Source: an uncultured Methanosarcinaceae archaeon (GTDB lineage: Archaea > Halobacteriota > Methanosarcinia > Methanosarcinales > Methanosarcinaceae). Taken from it: DNA of 64,000 bases. Location: positions 640,001-704,000 of the forward strand of contig CAWJYV010000010.1 in assembly GCA_963847185.1 (NCBI GenBank), given 5' to 3'. The translations under genes and the position numbers were made by a program. This document shows, one piece after another, positions 1 through 10,517 of the stretch. Every line of letters begins with the position of its first letter. Within the stretch, counting starts at the first letter, position 1. The notes beneath the pieces are model-generated. The model saw only the letters and a program-made list of their open reading frames with translations, was not told the DNA's origin and ran no database searches.

Positions 1-156
1 TTTCTTCAGCGCATCCTAGGCCTGACCTCGCTAAACGGAAAACAGTGGCTGATATGCCTTGCCATCGCTATCACCTTGCTGCTCGTCGACGAGGTCATCA
101 AGTTATTCCTGCGCAACCGCCTCAGCGCCAGCTCAGGTATAAGCGGTAACATCTGA
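1..156 (+). CDS. 3' end of a probable cation-transporting P-type ATPase (partial, runs in from the window edge)
   Basis: Frame 1 is open from base 1 to TGA at 154-156: FLQRILGLTSLNGKQWLICLAIAITLLLVDEVIKLFLR. This resembles the last helices of Cation_ATPase_C (LxxxQWxxxxxxxxxxxxxxExxK). Confidence 0.6.
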   Translation, partial: FLQRILGLTSLNGKQWLICLAIAITLLLVDEVIKLFLRNRLSASSGISGNI

Positions 157-898
157 ATCCGTCCATGATGTGCTCACAATTCTCCAGGATCTTTTTAGTA
201 GCCACAAAAATAGCAGGGTATCCGCAGTCTGCAGTTACTTCAATCATTTTAGGATTAGCGGTAAAACCTGAGAAATTGTTTACAATTTCGTTTCCTCTTT
301 TTAGAGCTTTTTCTTCAATTTCAGAAAGCACTACCTACAGAAGTATCCACAGAAATATGGCATTCATATGCCTTCCAAAGCTTCAAGCACTGGCAAAATA
401 CGCTCAGGTTCTCCTTCTTAGTTATTTTTTTACGATCTTTATCAGGAAGGCAATTACTGATGATATTATATGATCTAGCCGCCAATGACTATAAAGAACC
501 CTAATAACCGCCTCTCATAAATACAGAATCCATTCACTTTTCTTAGCGTGGTACGCAACTTGTCTGAAAGAGATCCTGATACCGGTTGTTTATAAGAGCT
601 TGTTCTTTTTCTAATTATCAAGCTTGATTATTTTTTTAATAAATAGCTCGTACTTGATGATTCCAATAGTATATTTTATAAATTCAAAATTATATTTAGG
701 TTATAGTTATTGTAGCAATATAAAAGAAAGAAGTTCAAATATAATAACACAAATCGAGGTAACTGGCATTATAGCTATACCTTAAGGTTATCAGATATAA
801 CCAGATGCAAATTATTTTTTAATTATACACGAAATATAAAATTAACAGATTAATTTATTCACTGATCATTGAAGGCCAGGCATTTTGTCGCTTAAGAG

Positions 899-3800
899 AT
901 GGAGACTAAAGGGATAATGGCAGCTAAAATGAAGCAATTTCCAGCAATAAACTCGAATCCTGTGCTCAGTGTGACAAAGGATGGAGTTATTATTTACTCA
1001 AATGAGGCTGGTGAGTCCTTATTGCATGAGTGGGGCGTGAGAGTGGGAGAAAATTTGCCTCCGCATATCGAAATTTGTGTTCATAAGGCAATTTCTCAGG
1101 AAGGCATTGAAAAAATAGAAATTAAAATGGGTAAAAGAGTATACTTTTTTGTTTTTCACTCCTTGCCTGAACAAGGATACGTAAACATTTATGGATTTGA
1201 TATAAGTAACCGTAAAAGGTTCGAGGGAGAACTTCAGGAAAGTGAAGCTCAAGAAAAGACAAACCTTGAACTTGCCAATATTATTGATGTTAAAGCGGTC
1301 CATTCCCTTATGAATGATTTTTACAGGCTTGCTCATATTCCCATGGCCTTACTTGATCTTAAGGGTAATGTTATTGTAGGCGTCGGATGGCAGGATATCT
1401 GCACGAAATTCCATAGGGTTAATCCTGAAACCTGCAAGCATTGCATAGAAAGCGACATTAATCTGTCCACGAGGGTTGCTCCTGGAGAATATAAACTGTA
1501 CAAGTGCAAGAACAATATGTGGGACGTAGTAACTCCAATTATGGTGGAAGGACAGCATATAGGCAATATCTTCACAGGACAGTTCTTCTTTGAAGACGAG
1601 CCTCTGGACTATGAATTTTTCCGATCCCAGGCCAGACAATATAGATTCAACGAGGAGGAATACATAGCAGCGCTTGAAAAAGTTCCTCGGCTGAGCAGAG
1701 AAGCTGTGGATACAGGCATGGCTTTCTTAATGACCTTTGCTAATATGATCTCACAGCTAAGCTACAGTAATATAAAGCTATCTCAATCACTGGCGGAACG
1801 CGATGCTGTTGTAGACGCATTGAAAGAGAGCGAGAAACGTGAGAAAGCTCGCTCGGAGGAACTGGCAGCAGTATTGGATGCCGTTCCTGTCTCCGTTTAT
1901 ATAGCGCATGATCCCCAAGCACTTAAGATAAGTGGTAACCGCCTATCCTACGAATGGCTACAGGTTCCTATTGGTACAAACTTTTCCAAGTCAACTCCTG
2001 AAGGAGAGAAACCAGAGTTTTTTAAGTTATTCAAGAACGGGAAAGAAATCCCACCTGAAAAAATGCCGTCGCAGATGGCAGCTGTAGGTAGAGAAGTAAA
2101 CGACTGCGAGCTAGATATTGTATCTGTTGACGGCGATATACGGCATGTATTGGGCAATGCCAGACCCTTACGTGATGAGCACGGGAAGCTACGAGGGTCA
2201 GTATCTGCATTTATAGATATTACCGAACGCAAAAAAGTAGAGGATGCACTTCGTGAAAGTGAAGAACGTCTGCGTCTTCTAAGCGACAACCTGCCAGACA
2301 GTGCTGTATATCAGTATGTCCTTGAGCCCGGCGGTAGTGTCCATTTTGTATACTTCAGCGTAGGCATCGAGCGTCTCAACGGTATCAAAGTATCCGATGT
2401 ACTTCGTGATCCGGGCACGCTACACCGGCAAATCCAGCATGATTATTATGAAAGGCTCATCGAAGCCGAAGCACGTAGTGCCCGTGAATTGTCAGATTTT
2501 GATATGGAATTACCTATGCATCTGTCCGACGGTCAGGTGAAGTGGATGAGATTACACTCCCGTCCGCGACGACTATCTGATGGCCGAATTATTTGGGACG
2601 GTGTACAAACCGACGTCACAAAGGTAAAAAGGGCTGAAGAAGTGCTGTACGAGAATGAGTTACGTAGTAAGGTTACCGAAGCTGTCGATACTGAACGGAG
2701 ACGGTTCTTTGATGTACTGGAGACACTGCCAGTGATGGTTGCTCTGTTAACACCTGACCATCACGTTGCCTTTGCTAACCGCTGTTTCCGTGAGAAGTTT
2801 GGGGAATCAGGCGGTCGACACTGTTTTGAATATCGTTTTGGGCGCACCAATCCATGTGAGTTCTGCAAAGCATATAAGGTACTTGAAACCGGTATGCCCC
2901 ATCATTGGGAGGTCACCATGCCGGACGGAAGCTTGTTTGATACCTATGACTTTCCGTTTACAGATGTTGACGGTTCTCCTATGGTCCTTGAGATGGATAT
3001 TGACATCACCAAGCGAAAAGAAGCAGAAGAAAAACTTCGGGATAGTGAGGAAAAGTACCGAAACATCGTTGAGACAGCAAATGAGCTTATACTTATAACT
3101 GACACAGAAAATGTAATCATTTACATTAACAAGAAAATAGAGGACATGCTTGGATATACTATCGAAGAAGTTATTGGCAGATTAATATGGGATTTCATCA
3201 GTGAAGAATGCGAACCTATTGTCAAAATGAATCTGGAAAATCGGAGGCAGGGAGTAAGCGAGAGCTATGAATTGAAATTAATACGCAAAGATGGCTCCCC
3301 TCTCTGGGCATTTCTAAATGCTAAACCCCTTTTTAATAAGGAAGGCAGGTTTATGGGCGTTATGAGTATGTTAACTGATATTACCAAGCGAAAAGAAGCT
3401 GAAGAAGCTCTTACTAATATCGAAACTGCCCGTAAAAAGGAAATCCATCATAGAATCAAGAATAACCTTCAGGTAATCTCTTCTCTCCTTGACCTTCAGG
3501 CTGAACAGTTCAGAAATCGAGAAAATATTAAGGATTCAGAAGTTTTGGAAGCTTTCAGGGAAAGCCAGGACAGAGTAATATCCATGGCTTTGATACACGA
3601 GGAGCTGTATAAAGGCGGCGGATTCGAAACACTAAACTTTTCTCCGTACATTCAGGAACTCGCTGAGAATCTTTTACTGACATACAGGCTTGGAGATACT
3701 GATATCAGCTTAAATCTGGATCTTGAAGAAAATGTTCTCTTTGATATGGATATTGCAGTCCCATTGGGAATAATTGTCAATGAACTTGTTTCCAATTCTC

Positions 3801-4120
3801 TAAAACATGCATTTCCTGACAGAAAGACAGGAGAAATCAGAATCAAACTCAGTAAAGAACAAAGTGAAGAATGTATAAACGGCATAACTGAAGACTGTAA
3901 GAGCATCAACTTCTGTAAAAGCATCAACTTTACTCTAACCGTTTCAGATGACGGCATAGGCATCCCTGAAAATCTTAATATTGAAGATCTTGATAGTCTT
4001 GGATTTCAGCTTGTAACTTCTCTTGTAGACCAATTAGATGGAGAGTTTGAATTGAAAAGGAAAAATGGTACAGAGTTCACTATAAGGTTTAAAGTGACAG
4101 AAAAAGATAATCTGGCTTAA
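899..4120 (+). CDS. Multi-PAS / PocR-domain sensor histidine kinase (HisKA_2 + HATPase_c)
   Basis: 1073 aa. PocR-like segment (GWQDICTKFHR...YKCKNNMWD), several PAS/PAC repeats (DITERK), EIHHRIKNNLQ H-box, NELVSNSLKHAF N-box, DDGIG G-box. Confidence 0.95.
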   Translation: METKGIMAAKMKQFPAINSNPVLSVTKDGVIIYSNEAGESLLHEWGVRVGENLPPHIEICVHKAISQEGIEKIEIKMGKRVYFFVFHSLPEQGYVNIYGFDISNRKRFEGELQESEAQEKTNLELANIIDVKAVHSLMNDFYRLAHIPMALLDLKGNVIVGVGWQDICTKFHRVNPETCKHCIESDINLSTRVAPGEYKLYKCKNNMWDVVTPIMVEGQHIGNIFTGQFFFEDEPLDYEFFRSQARQYRFNEEEYIAALEKVPRLSREAVDTGMAFLMTFANMISQLSYSNIKLSQSLAERDAVVDALKESEKREKARSEELAAVLDAVPVSVYIAHDPQALKISGNRLSYEWLQVPIGTNFSKSTPEGEKPEFFKLFKNGKEIPPEKMPSQMAAVGREVNDCELDIVSVDGDIRHVLGNARPLRDEHGKLRGSVSAFIDITERKKVEDALRESEERLRLLSDNLPDSAVYQYVLEPGGSVHFVYFSVGIERLNGIKVSDVLRDPGTLHRQIQHDYYERLIEAEARSARELSDFDMELPMHLSDGQVKWMRLHSRPRRLSDGRIIWDGVQTDVTKVKRAEEVLYENELRSKVTEAVDTERRRFFDVLETLPVMVALLTPDHHVAFANRCFREKFGESGGRHCFEYRFGRTNPCEFCKAYKVLETGMPHHWEVTMPDGSLFDTYDFPFTDVDGSPMVLEMDIDITKRKEAEEKLRDSEEKYRNIVETANELILITDTENVIIYINKKIEDMLGYTIEEVIGRLIWDFISEECEPIVKMNLENRRQGVSESYELKLIRKDGSPLWAFLNAKPLFNKEGRFMGVMSMLTDITKRKEAEEALTNIETARKKEIHHRIKNNLQVISSLLDLQAEQFRNRENIKDSEVLEAFRESQDRVISMALIHEELYKGGGFETLNFSPYIQELAENLLLTYRLGDTDISLNLDLEENVLFDMDIAVPLGIIVNELVSNSLKHAFPDRKTGEIRIKLSKEQSEECINGITEDCKSINFCKSINFTLTVSDDGIGIPENLNIEDLDSLGFQLVTSLVDQLDGEFELKRKNGTEFTIRFKVTEKDNLA

Positions 4121-4156
4121 GTCAGCTTAAATCACAAGAAAATAGATAAAAAAGTT

Positions 4157-4244
4157 TGGTGCGAGAAGTGATATTCGAATGCATGAATACCTACGAGACT
4201 GGACTTCAAATGTGATGCCTTTGAACTTTCTGGGCAATCCTCAC
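4157..4244 (-). pseudogene. Degenerate class II (Leu-like) tRNA relic with CCA end
   Basis: Minus strand reads GTGAGGATTGCCCAGAAAGTTCAAAGGCATCACATTTGAAGTCCAGTCTCGTAGGTATTCATGCATTCGAATATCACTTCTCGCACCA. It has an archaeal tRNA-Leu-like D arm, variable arm (TCTCGTAGG), TTCGAAT T-loop and ACCA end, but the anticodon and T stems are mispaired. Confidence 0.65.
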
Positions 4245-4388
4245 ATCTCGACTTCTCTACTTAAAATTATAGTCATCTATTTTCACGATAAACTGGTGAA
4301 ATTTAACCTTTTCTTAAAACAAACTGCTCTTAAAGTAAAATAGAATAGAGTGGGGTAGAAAAATGCTATTAAAAAATTAAATTGGTTG

Positions 4389-4899
4389 TTAAGTATTCTC
4401 TTCAAAACATAGCTCAATGATTTTTTCTACAAGCTCCGGAATACTCTCCCTTCCTTTAATTTTAATTGAAAAATCAGCATATTTCAGGTACAAAATTCTC
4501 CTCTCTTCAAATAGTTCCTTTAAGCTTCGGTCTCTGAGACCTACTATACCTCTTTTTCTTGCATTAGGAATCCTTTTTACAATACTCCTGAAAGGAGCAT
4601 CCAGAAAAACAATTTTTGAAACATTTTTTAAGATGTTCCATGGACTTTTCGGAATAAACAACACTTCCACCAGGAGAAATGATACATCCTTCAACCAGTC
4701 CGAGCTTGAGAATAGCTTCTTCTTCAAATCTAATGAGAGAGGAATCCCCCTCTTTGTCAATAAGGACCTGAAGAGGGGCTCCGGCTGATTCCGTGATCAA
4801 GCGATCAACCTCTATAAAAGTATAGCTCAGGCGCTTTGAAAGTGCCTTTCCAATAGTACTCTTCCCCGCTCCTGCCATACCAATTAATGTTATGTTCAT
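4389..4899 (-). pseudogene. aroK: Shikimate kinase (bacterial AroK/NMP-kinase type), split by a 1-nt frameshift
   Basis: N-half MNITLIGMAGAGKSTIG...FEEEAI...SPGGSVV and C-half KIVFLDAP...ERRILYLKYADF are in different frames. The junction is the A6 run at ~4624-4629. Confidence 0.8.
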
Positions 4900-5131
4900 T
4901 GCCGCATCCTTCCAGGATATAATATCAAGGGATCTGCTGTCTAAAACTCTCATGAATAAAGGCCTTTATATCGAAAATTATCTTGACAAAATATATTCTC
5001 AAGCTATATAAAACGTACAATACCGGAATTTTTATGAAAAGGATAAAAAATATTAAGGCTTCCCTTAATATTTTAAGAAAGATTTTTCCGGATTTTCCAG
5101 CCATTTATAAGTAGTTCATTTCTTACTATAC

Positions 5132-5156
5132 AGAATCCCTTTCGGGGGGGAGATTC
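5132..5156. terminator. Hairpin downstream of the acetyltransferase
   Basis: GAATCCCT-TTCG-GGGGGGAGATTC imperfect inverted repeat. Confidence 0.35.
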
Positions 5157-5233
5157 ACAATTAGTATTGACTATCTTTCCTTCTTTTTGCCCTTATTTGA
5201 CTGCTGCAAAGTATGTCATTTTTTAAAAAAGAA

Positions 5234-5743
5234 TCAAATTAATTCTCTATATTTTATCACTTTTGCAGGGTTACCTACAGCAATTGCGTATTCTGGAATA
5301 TCTCTCGTAACAACAGAGCCTGCTCCGATTACTGCACCATCACCAATACAAACTCCTTTTAAAACAGTTGCATTCGCTCCAATCCATACATCGTTTCCAA
5401 CTTTGATAGGCTTTCTAATACGGGGCTGTTCTCTGATAAGTTCTCCTCTTTTAATTCCATGGTCTCTTCCCCATATTACAGTTTTAGGACCAATTTGAAC
5501 ATCATTTCCAATTACGATTTCTCCTAGAATATGGCAACCTGCGTTCATATAAAAGTTATTTCCAATTGTTATTTCTGGATCTCCTGTTAGCCTGCAATAA
5601 GGTTCTATTTGAGCGCTTCCGATGAAGTTGACTCCCGAAAATGTGCAATTATTATTTATCACTACGCCTCTTCTTCTCAATAAAAGCCTTTTTGCGAATA
5701 ATCTCATTTTATTCTGTAGGTTTTTAGGCATATTTATTGACAC
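5234..5743 (-). CDS. Hexapeptide-repeat (LbH) sugar O-acetyltransferase
   Basis: [45 protein letters not shown]...GNPAKVIK motifs. Confidence 0.9.
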   Translation of the reverse strand: MSINMPKNLQNKMRLFAKRLLLRRRGVVINNNCTFSGVNFIGSAQIEPYCRLTGDPEITIGNNFYMNAGCHILGEIVIGNDVQIGPKTVIWGRDHGIKRGELIREQPRIRKPIKVGNDVWIGANATVLKGVCIGDGAVIGAGSVVTRDIPEYAIAVGNPAKVIKYRELI

Positions 5744-5831
5744 CTCTAACCTGACTTACAAAAACATTAATTATATAGGGAAAACCAAAGTTTCCCTTTA
5801 TATTTACTAAAAGCAACTCAGTTTCCTAACA

Positions 5832-7097
5832 TCAAAAGTTATCAGGATCATCTGCATGATCTGAAATACGATTAGCTCTCCAAAACCCAGGAAATAAAGA
5901 GATTTGTGGTTTACGGGGCAGGTTCATTCTCAGGACTCTTAAGAATTTCGCGATGATTCCCCCAGCCATATCTATGCAATCCTTCAAAAATGGCTGTATG
6001 TCTTTTTCATCATAGACAGCAATGTAAGTTTTTTCAGAGTCTTTAATATTTCTTATAAATGTCCGTAAGTAATTTTTACGCCTTGTGAGGTTTATTATTT
6101 CATGTTTTAGATACACGAAATGAATATCTTTATTCTTAATTTGTGTCTGGCAGTCTACTTTTTCTCCAAGTGCATCAAGGTACTGAGAGTAATGGAGATC
6201 TACCCCTGAAAGGTTTCCCATCCTATGCCACATCATCGAACGCAGATTTATCTCCATAAGCTTGTATTTTTTATCCCTTGAGTCGTACTTGAATTCGGGC
6301 TCTGCAATCCCTTTTAAATCCATGCCCTCAAGGAGAGCTCTTCCCTGTATCCTCACTTCCGCTGGAGCCTCATTTGAGGCACTTGAGAATACTCCAAAAT
6401 TATTCGGATACTGAGCAAGTTTTCTTCCTGTCCACTCATTGAGGATTTTTCCTTTCATGTCCCGGTAGGCAACATAAGCATATATGCAGTCGTCATTTCC
6501 AGGAATCATTTCAGAGGCTAAAAACTTAATCCCGGAAGCCAGATGAGTCTCTATGTATTCTCTTACTTCATCCAGGTCCTCGGGGCTGTTAATCTTTTTA
6601 TTCCTGAAGACTTTTCCTTTCAGGTCTTCTCTTTTATTGGGCTTTAACAGGATAGGAAACGGGAGGAGTTTGATTTTTTCTATGTCTTCTTTAACTTGAA
6701 TAGAAAATGTTTTAGGATAGGGAATACCCAGTTTTTCACAATAAGAGTACTGAACAGATTTGTCCAGGCATTTCTGCAAATTTTTCGGGTTAAAGGATAA
6801 AAAGCAGAAAGAACAAATGTCATTGTAGAGGGCATGCAGGTGTTCAAGATGTAAATCACTGGTTGGAAACACAATTATTTTTTCGTATTCATTATGTAAT
6901 TTTTTAATCTCTCGATGCAGGCTTTCTGGGGTTTTTTCAATAAGCACAAATTTATTTATCTTGTTACTGTATGAAGCCAGTTCTCTTGAATACGCAAAAA
7001 GAATTATTTCTCTTACCTTTTTTTCATACAACTCCTGAATTATTGAAAAACCATTTACGTATCCCCCTAAAACAAGGACACAGTGACTCTTTTTCAT
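5832..7097 (-). CDS. ATP-grasp carboxylate-amine ligase (D-aspartate-ligase-like)
   Basis: DKSVQY...LGIPYPKT, FPILLKP, EMIPG, GRKLAQYP, EFKYDSRD..KLMEINLR motifs. Confidence 0.8.
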   Translation of the reverse strand: MKKSHCVLVLGGYVNGFSIIQELYEKKVREIILFAYSRELASYSNKINKFVLIEKTPESLHREIKKLHNEYEKIIVFPTSDLHLEHLHALYNDICSFCFLSFNPKNLQKCLDKSVQYSYCEKLGIPYPKTFSIQVKEDIEKIKLLPFPILLKPNKREDLKGKVFRNKKINSPEDLDEVREYIETHLASGIKFLASEMIPGNDDCIYAYVAYRDMKGKILNEWTGRKLAQYPNNFGVFSSASNEAPAEVRIQGRALLEGMDLKGIAEPEFKYDSRDKKYKLMEINLRSMMWHRMGNLSGVDLHYSQYLDALGEKVDCQTQIKNKDIHFVYLKHEIINLTRRKNYLRTFIRNIKDSEKTYIAVYDEKDIQPFLKDCIDMAGGIIAKFLRVLRMNLPRKPQISLFPGFWRANRISDHADDPDNF

Positions 7098-7099
7098 AC

Positions 7100-7119
7100 G
7101 AACTCATCCCAAAACTTGA
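7100..7119. repeat. Isolated terminal repeat of MITE family A
   Basis: GAACTCATCCCAAAACTTGA is identical to 25115-25134. Confidence 0.55.
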
Positions 7120-7997
7120 TTAGATATCTTTATTATCATTATTATGGCCCTCAAAAATGAGAGCCCGGCTTTGAATCCTATATTAATCAGCTACAAGGAA
7201 CTGAATATTTATACTCAAACATTTACAGTCTTTTAGTTCAAATTACTTGAGGTAATTAATATAAAAATAATTATATTGTTAACAGAGTAAAAACTGCTTA
7301 CATTTTAAAAAATATTATCTATCATTCTATTTTATATTATAGTAGTTATTATGTTATATTATATAAAAATGATTTGTTGATGAAAATCTCCCAACATATT
7401 TTGATACTAACAATGAAGCTCAGTGTTTTTTTCCATAATTAAAGGCTCAACTGTGAGTTATAAATACCGAATTCAAAAAAGCGGATTTTAGTTTAGGGAG
7501 TAAGTACTCAGCTATTCTTTTATTTTTCCCGCTGTATTATTAAAATTACCATACTAAAATTTAAATATACTTACTGGATATAAATAAAAGAATAGATTGA
7601 TTTTACGTTTAAAAGTTATTTACCCATTTTCTCCTGAAATAAAGCTTATTTATCGATTTTAAAGCTTTATAAATTGTTTTAAAGGTTTCATTACTCCTAA
7701 GGATTGGAAGATCACGGACGTTCACCCTTTTTAGCACAATCAACACTATATCAGGAATCTCTAAAAAATCGAAATTAGAGTTTCAAAAGAGCATATGTAA
7801 TGTTTTCATTGAACTCTTCTGATTCTGTATTAGACAGAATCAGATTGGACTTCTCCGTTCAAAAAAGATTTGCAGAGTAAAAAACATTATATTTATTCCT
7901 CATTAGGTGCAGCTTGTTTTTAATACAATTTGAATTTACCGTGAGAATAAATGTATTAGAAAAAACGCAGTGTACAGGGAAACCAGCTCCTTCTGTT

Positions 7998-9440
7998 CTA
8001 TAGATATTTTTTTATAAAAGAAAGTTCATGGTCGCTGAAGCCTCCCAGAAGAAACATTGCAAATAAATAAACAAGTACGCCCATCCCTGCCATCTCGAAA
8101 AGCCTAATGATGCTTAATATCTCGAAATAGGAAATAAAGAAGTACATTGCGATTGAAGACAGAACGCTTTTAGCAATATCATAAAAATGGAATTCATACT
8201 TAATATATTTTAGAGATATATGTATACAGAGAATAGTCATAAAGAAGTATGAGAATAGGGTCGAAAAAGCAGCGCCAATAATACCTATAGAAGGTATGAG
8301 GAGGATGTTAATCAAAACATTTGAAATTGCTGCAGCAAAATTGATATAAGTTTGGGTTTTCGTTTTTTTGACAATTAATAGTGTATTGGCAAAAATTTGA
8401 TAAATTCCTGCCAGAAGGCCGGAAAAAGCAATTATAGGGATCACAAACCAGCCGGAAAGGAAATCTTCAGTCGTAAAGATTCCAAGCAAAGGTTTTGCAA
8501 GTGCTGAAAGCCCAAAAACCGCAGGAATGGAAATAAAAAGGAAATATCGCAAAGAGTAGGACATATAAGTTACTACTTTATCGGTTTTATTCTCATCAAA
8601 CAGTTTTGATAACTCCGGGAAAAGGATAAGCTGAAGAGGACTTACAAAAAGCTGTATGAGGTTACCGATGGAACATGCTGCGGAGTATATTCCCACACTC
8701 CCCAGTCCAAGAAAATATGTAACCAGATATCTGTCACTTGATTCAGTAACCCATCTTATAAGAGCATTGGGGGTTAGCGGGAGAGAAAACTGCAGATACT
8801 CCCTTATATAAATAAATCTAGGGATAACAAATCCTATCTGTGACACAATCATTAGAAAAGCGATTAAAATAATGATGCTCTGCACCAATAATGTGGCTGT
8901 TATTACGCCAAGAAGCCCGTATCCCATTTTGAGAAGTGCAAGAATAAAAAGTAGTTTTCCGAATGCTTCAAAAAGGGTCAGGTAAGAGAATTTATTGATC
9001 TGCCTGGACACTCTGAAATAATAAAGAGATATAGGCTCTATCACATTTAAGAGAATCAAAAGAGAGCCTGCCTTGATGAAATAAGTTGCTCCGGGGTCCT
9101 TGAAACCGAATGTTGCAAGAGGTTCTGCAAATGTATATAACAGAAAAGAGAGAAGAAGGCCAGACATAGTCACGAAAAAAAGGATTGAATAGACAGCTTC
9201 CCTTATTATTTTCTTATCGGTCTCAGAAGATAAAAATCTGACAAGCCCCATTGAAAGACCCATAAGTGCAAAGGGAGAAATGAGGGATACAGTGATATTG
9301 ATCTGAGCCCAGAGCCCGTAGTAATATGTTCCAAGGCTTTTTGTGATAATTGGAAGTAGAAAAAAAGTGCCCAGGCTTGTAAGCACCTGAACTGTTCCAA
9401 TAAAGCCAACATCTCTTGCAAACTTCTGGTATGACATCAA
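7998..9440 (-). CDS. Polysaccharide flippase (Wzx/MOP family)
   Basis: 480 aa, ~12-14 hydrophobic segments, LPIITKSLG..YYGLW, DRYLVTYFLG..SVGIYSAA motifs. Confidence 0.9.
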   Translation of the reverse strand: MMSYQKFARDVGFIGTVQVLTSLGTFFLLPIITKSLGTYYYGLWAQINITVSLISPFALMGLSMGLVRFLSSETDKKIIREAVYSILFFVTMSGLLLSFLLYTFAEPLATFGFKDPGATYFIKAGSLLILLNVIEPISLYYFRVSRQINKFSYLTLFEAFGKLLFILALLKMGYGLLGVITATLLVQSIIILIAFLMIVSQIGFVIPRFIYIREYLQFSLPLTPNALIRWVTESSDRYLVTYFLGLGSVGIYSAACSIGNLIQLFVSPLQLILFPELSKLFDENKTDKVVTYMSYSLRYFLFISIPAVFGLSALAKPLLGIFTTEDFLSGWFVIPIIAFSGLLAGIYQIFANTLLIVKKTKTQTYINFAAAISNVLINILLIPSIGIIGAAFSTLFSYFFMTILCIHISLKYIKYEFHFYDIAKSVLSSIAMYFFISYFEILSIIRLFEMAGMGVLVYLFAMFLLGGFSDHELSFIKKYL

Positions 9441-9921
9441 ATAACCTTGAAAAAATTATGTTTTTAAAATATATTATGAAAAAACACGAAGAGAGCTTAC
9501 AAATTACTCCTACGATTTGACCCAACTCATTATCAATCTGGTATTTAAATCCTTTTAAGTCTCAAAGTTGCTATATCGATTTAAGTTCCAAAAACATTCA
9601 TTACGAATCAAAGCAATCAAAAAATCTATTGAACTCTGATTTTCAAATTTCAAGCTTATATGCCTAATTCCTCAAGTTTTAGAGGGAAAGGAATTGTAAT
9701 TACGAAAATTCGAAACAGCAATTCATATTTTTAAGCATGGGCACATACTCCGGAATTATGAGAAGCTTGTGTGCTTAATAAGTGCAATTTATTCAAAATA
9801 GGGAAACATAAGAAGTCAGATATTTTTCTTAGGAAGAGTAGAAAAGCTTTTTTGTGTTTAAATTCATTGACACAATTAAACAAATAAAAAGCCTTATTTT
9901 CAGATGAACTCTGAAGAAGCC

Positions 9922-10344
9922 TTACTTTCGAGTCTGATGTTCTCTTTTCTTTGCCTGTGAATTAAGAAAATTTAGATTAACAATATACTTTTCGAGCTCT
10001 TCTGAGGAGTGCAGAAAGGTGGATATATATTCCAAAAAGACAACTCTGCTTCCGGAAACATAATGCTTGAAAAGGCTTCTGGTGGTCAGCCGATCAACCT
10101 GTTCCAGGGATACGATTGCAAGATACATGAGTATCCGAATAAAAAATACAAGATGAAGGACGAGCATTTTGACCCATGGGCTGTCTGAACTTATTGCCAT
10201 CCCGCAAATCCAGTTGCAGAGCCTTAAAGAGTGAGAAAGGAGCCTGATTTTGTAAAACTTCAAGAAGACTGCCAGGACTAGAAGAATAGATAAGCATCCT
10301 GCTATAAGATAAATGCCCTCCATTGTTAAATCCATAAAATTCAT
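9922..10344 (-). CDS. Hypothetical membrane protein
   Basis: 140-aa ORF with two hydrophobic segments; no family recognised. Confidence 0.5.
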   Translation of the reverse strand: MNFMDLTMEGIYLIAGCLSILLVLAVFLKFYKIRLLSHSLRLCNWICGMAISSDSPWVKMLVLHLVFFIRILMYLAIVSLEQVDRLTTRSLFKHYVSGSRVVFLEYISTFLHSSEELEKYIVNLNFLNSQAKKREHQTRK

Positions 10345-10517
10345 AGATCCTTACTTTCTGCTAATATTTTAATTTATGTCTTTCTTATTCATTTATGATC
10401 AATGATATAAAAGTTAAAAAGAAAAGTTTTAAAATTACAGTAAATTTTGAGAAATAAATATTTACAAATAATTGAATTAACGGAGAACTTTCTTCACTGG
10501 AAGAAATAGAGGTAGTT

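Noticed and set aside
122-473. 69-aa and 102-aa ORFs
   Set aside because: No recognisable motif; they overlap each other, and the 69-aa ORF also overlaps the ATPase end. Possibly a gene fragment, but unsupported.
7950-8000. Pyrrolysine read-through of TAG stops (flippase, MFS, deformylase-like gene)
   Set aside because: The proteins look complete. For the flippase, read-through adds only a short tail; no conserved downstream domain is evident.
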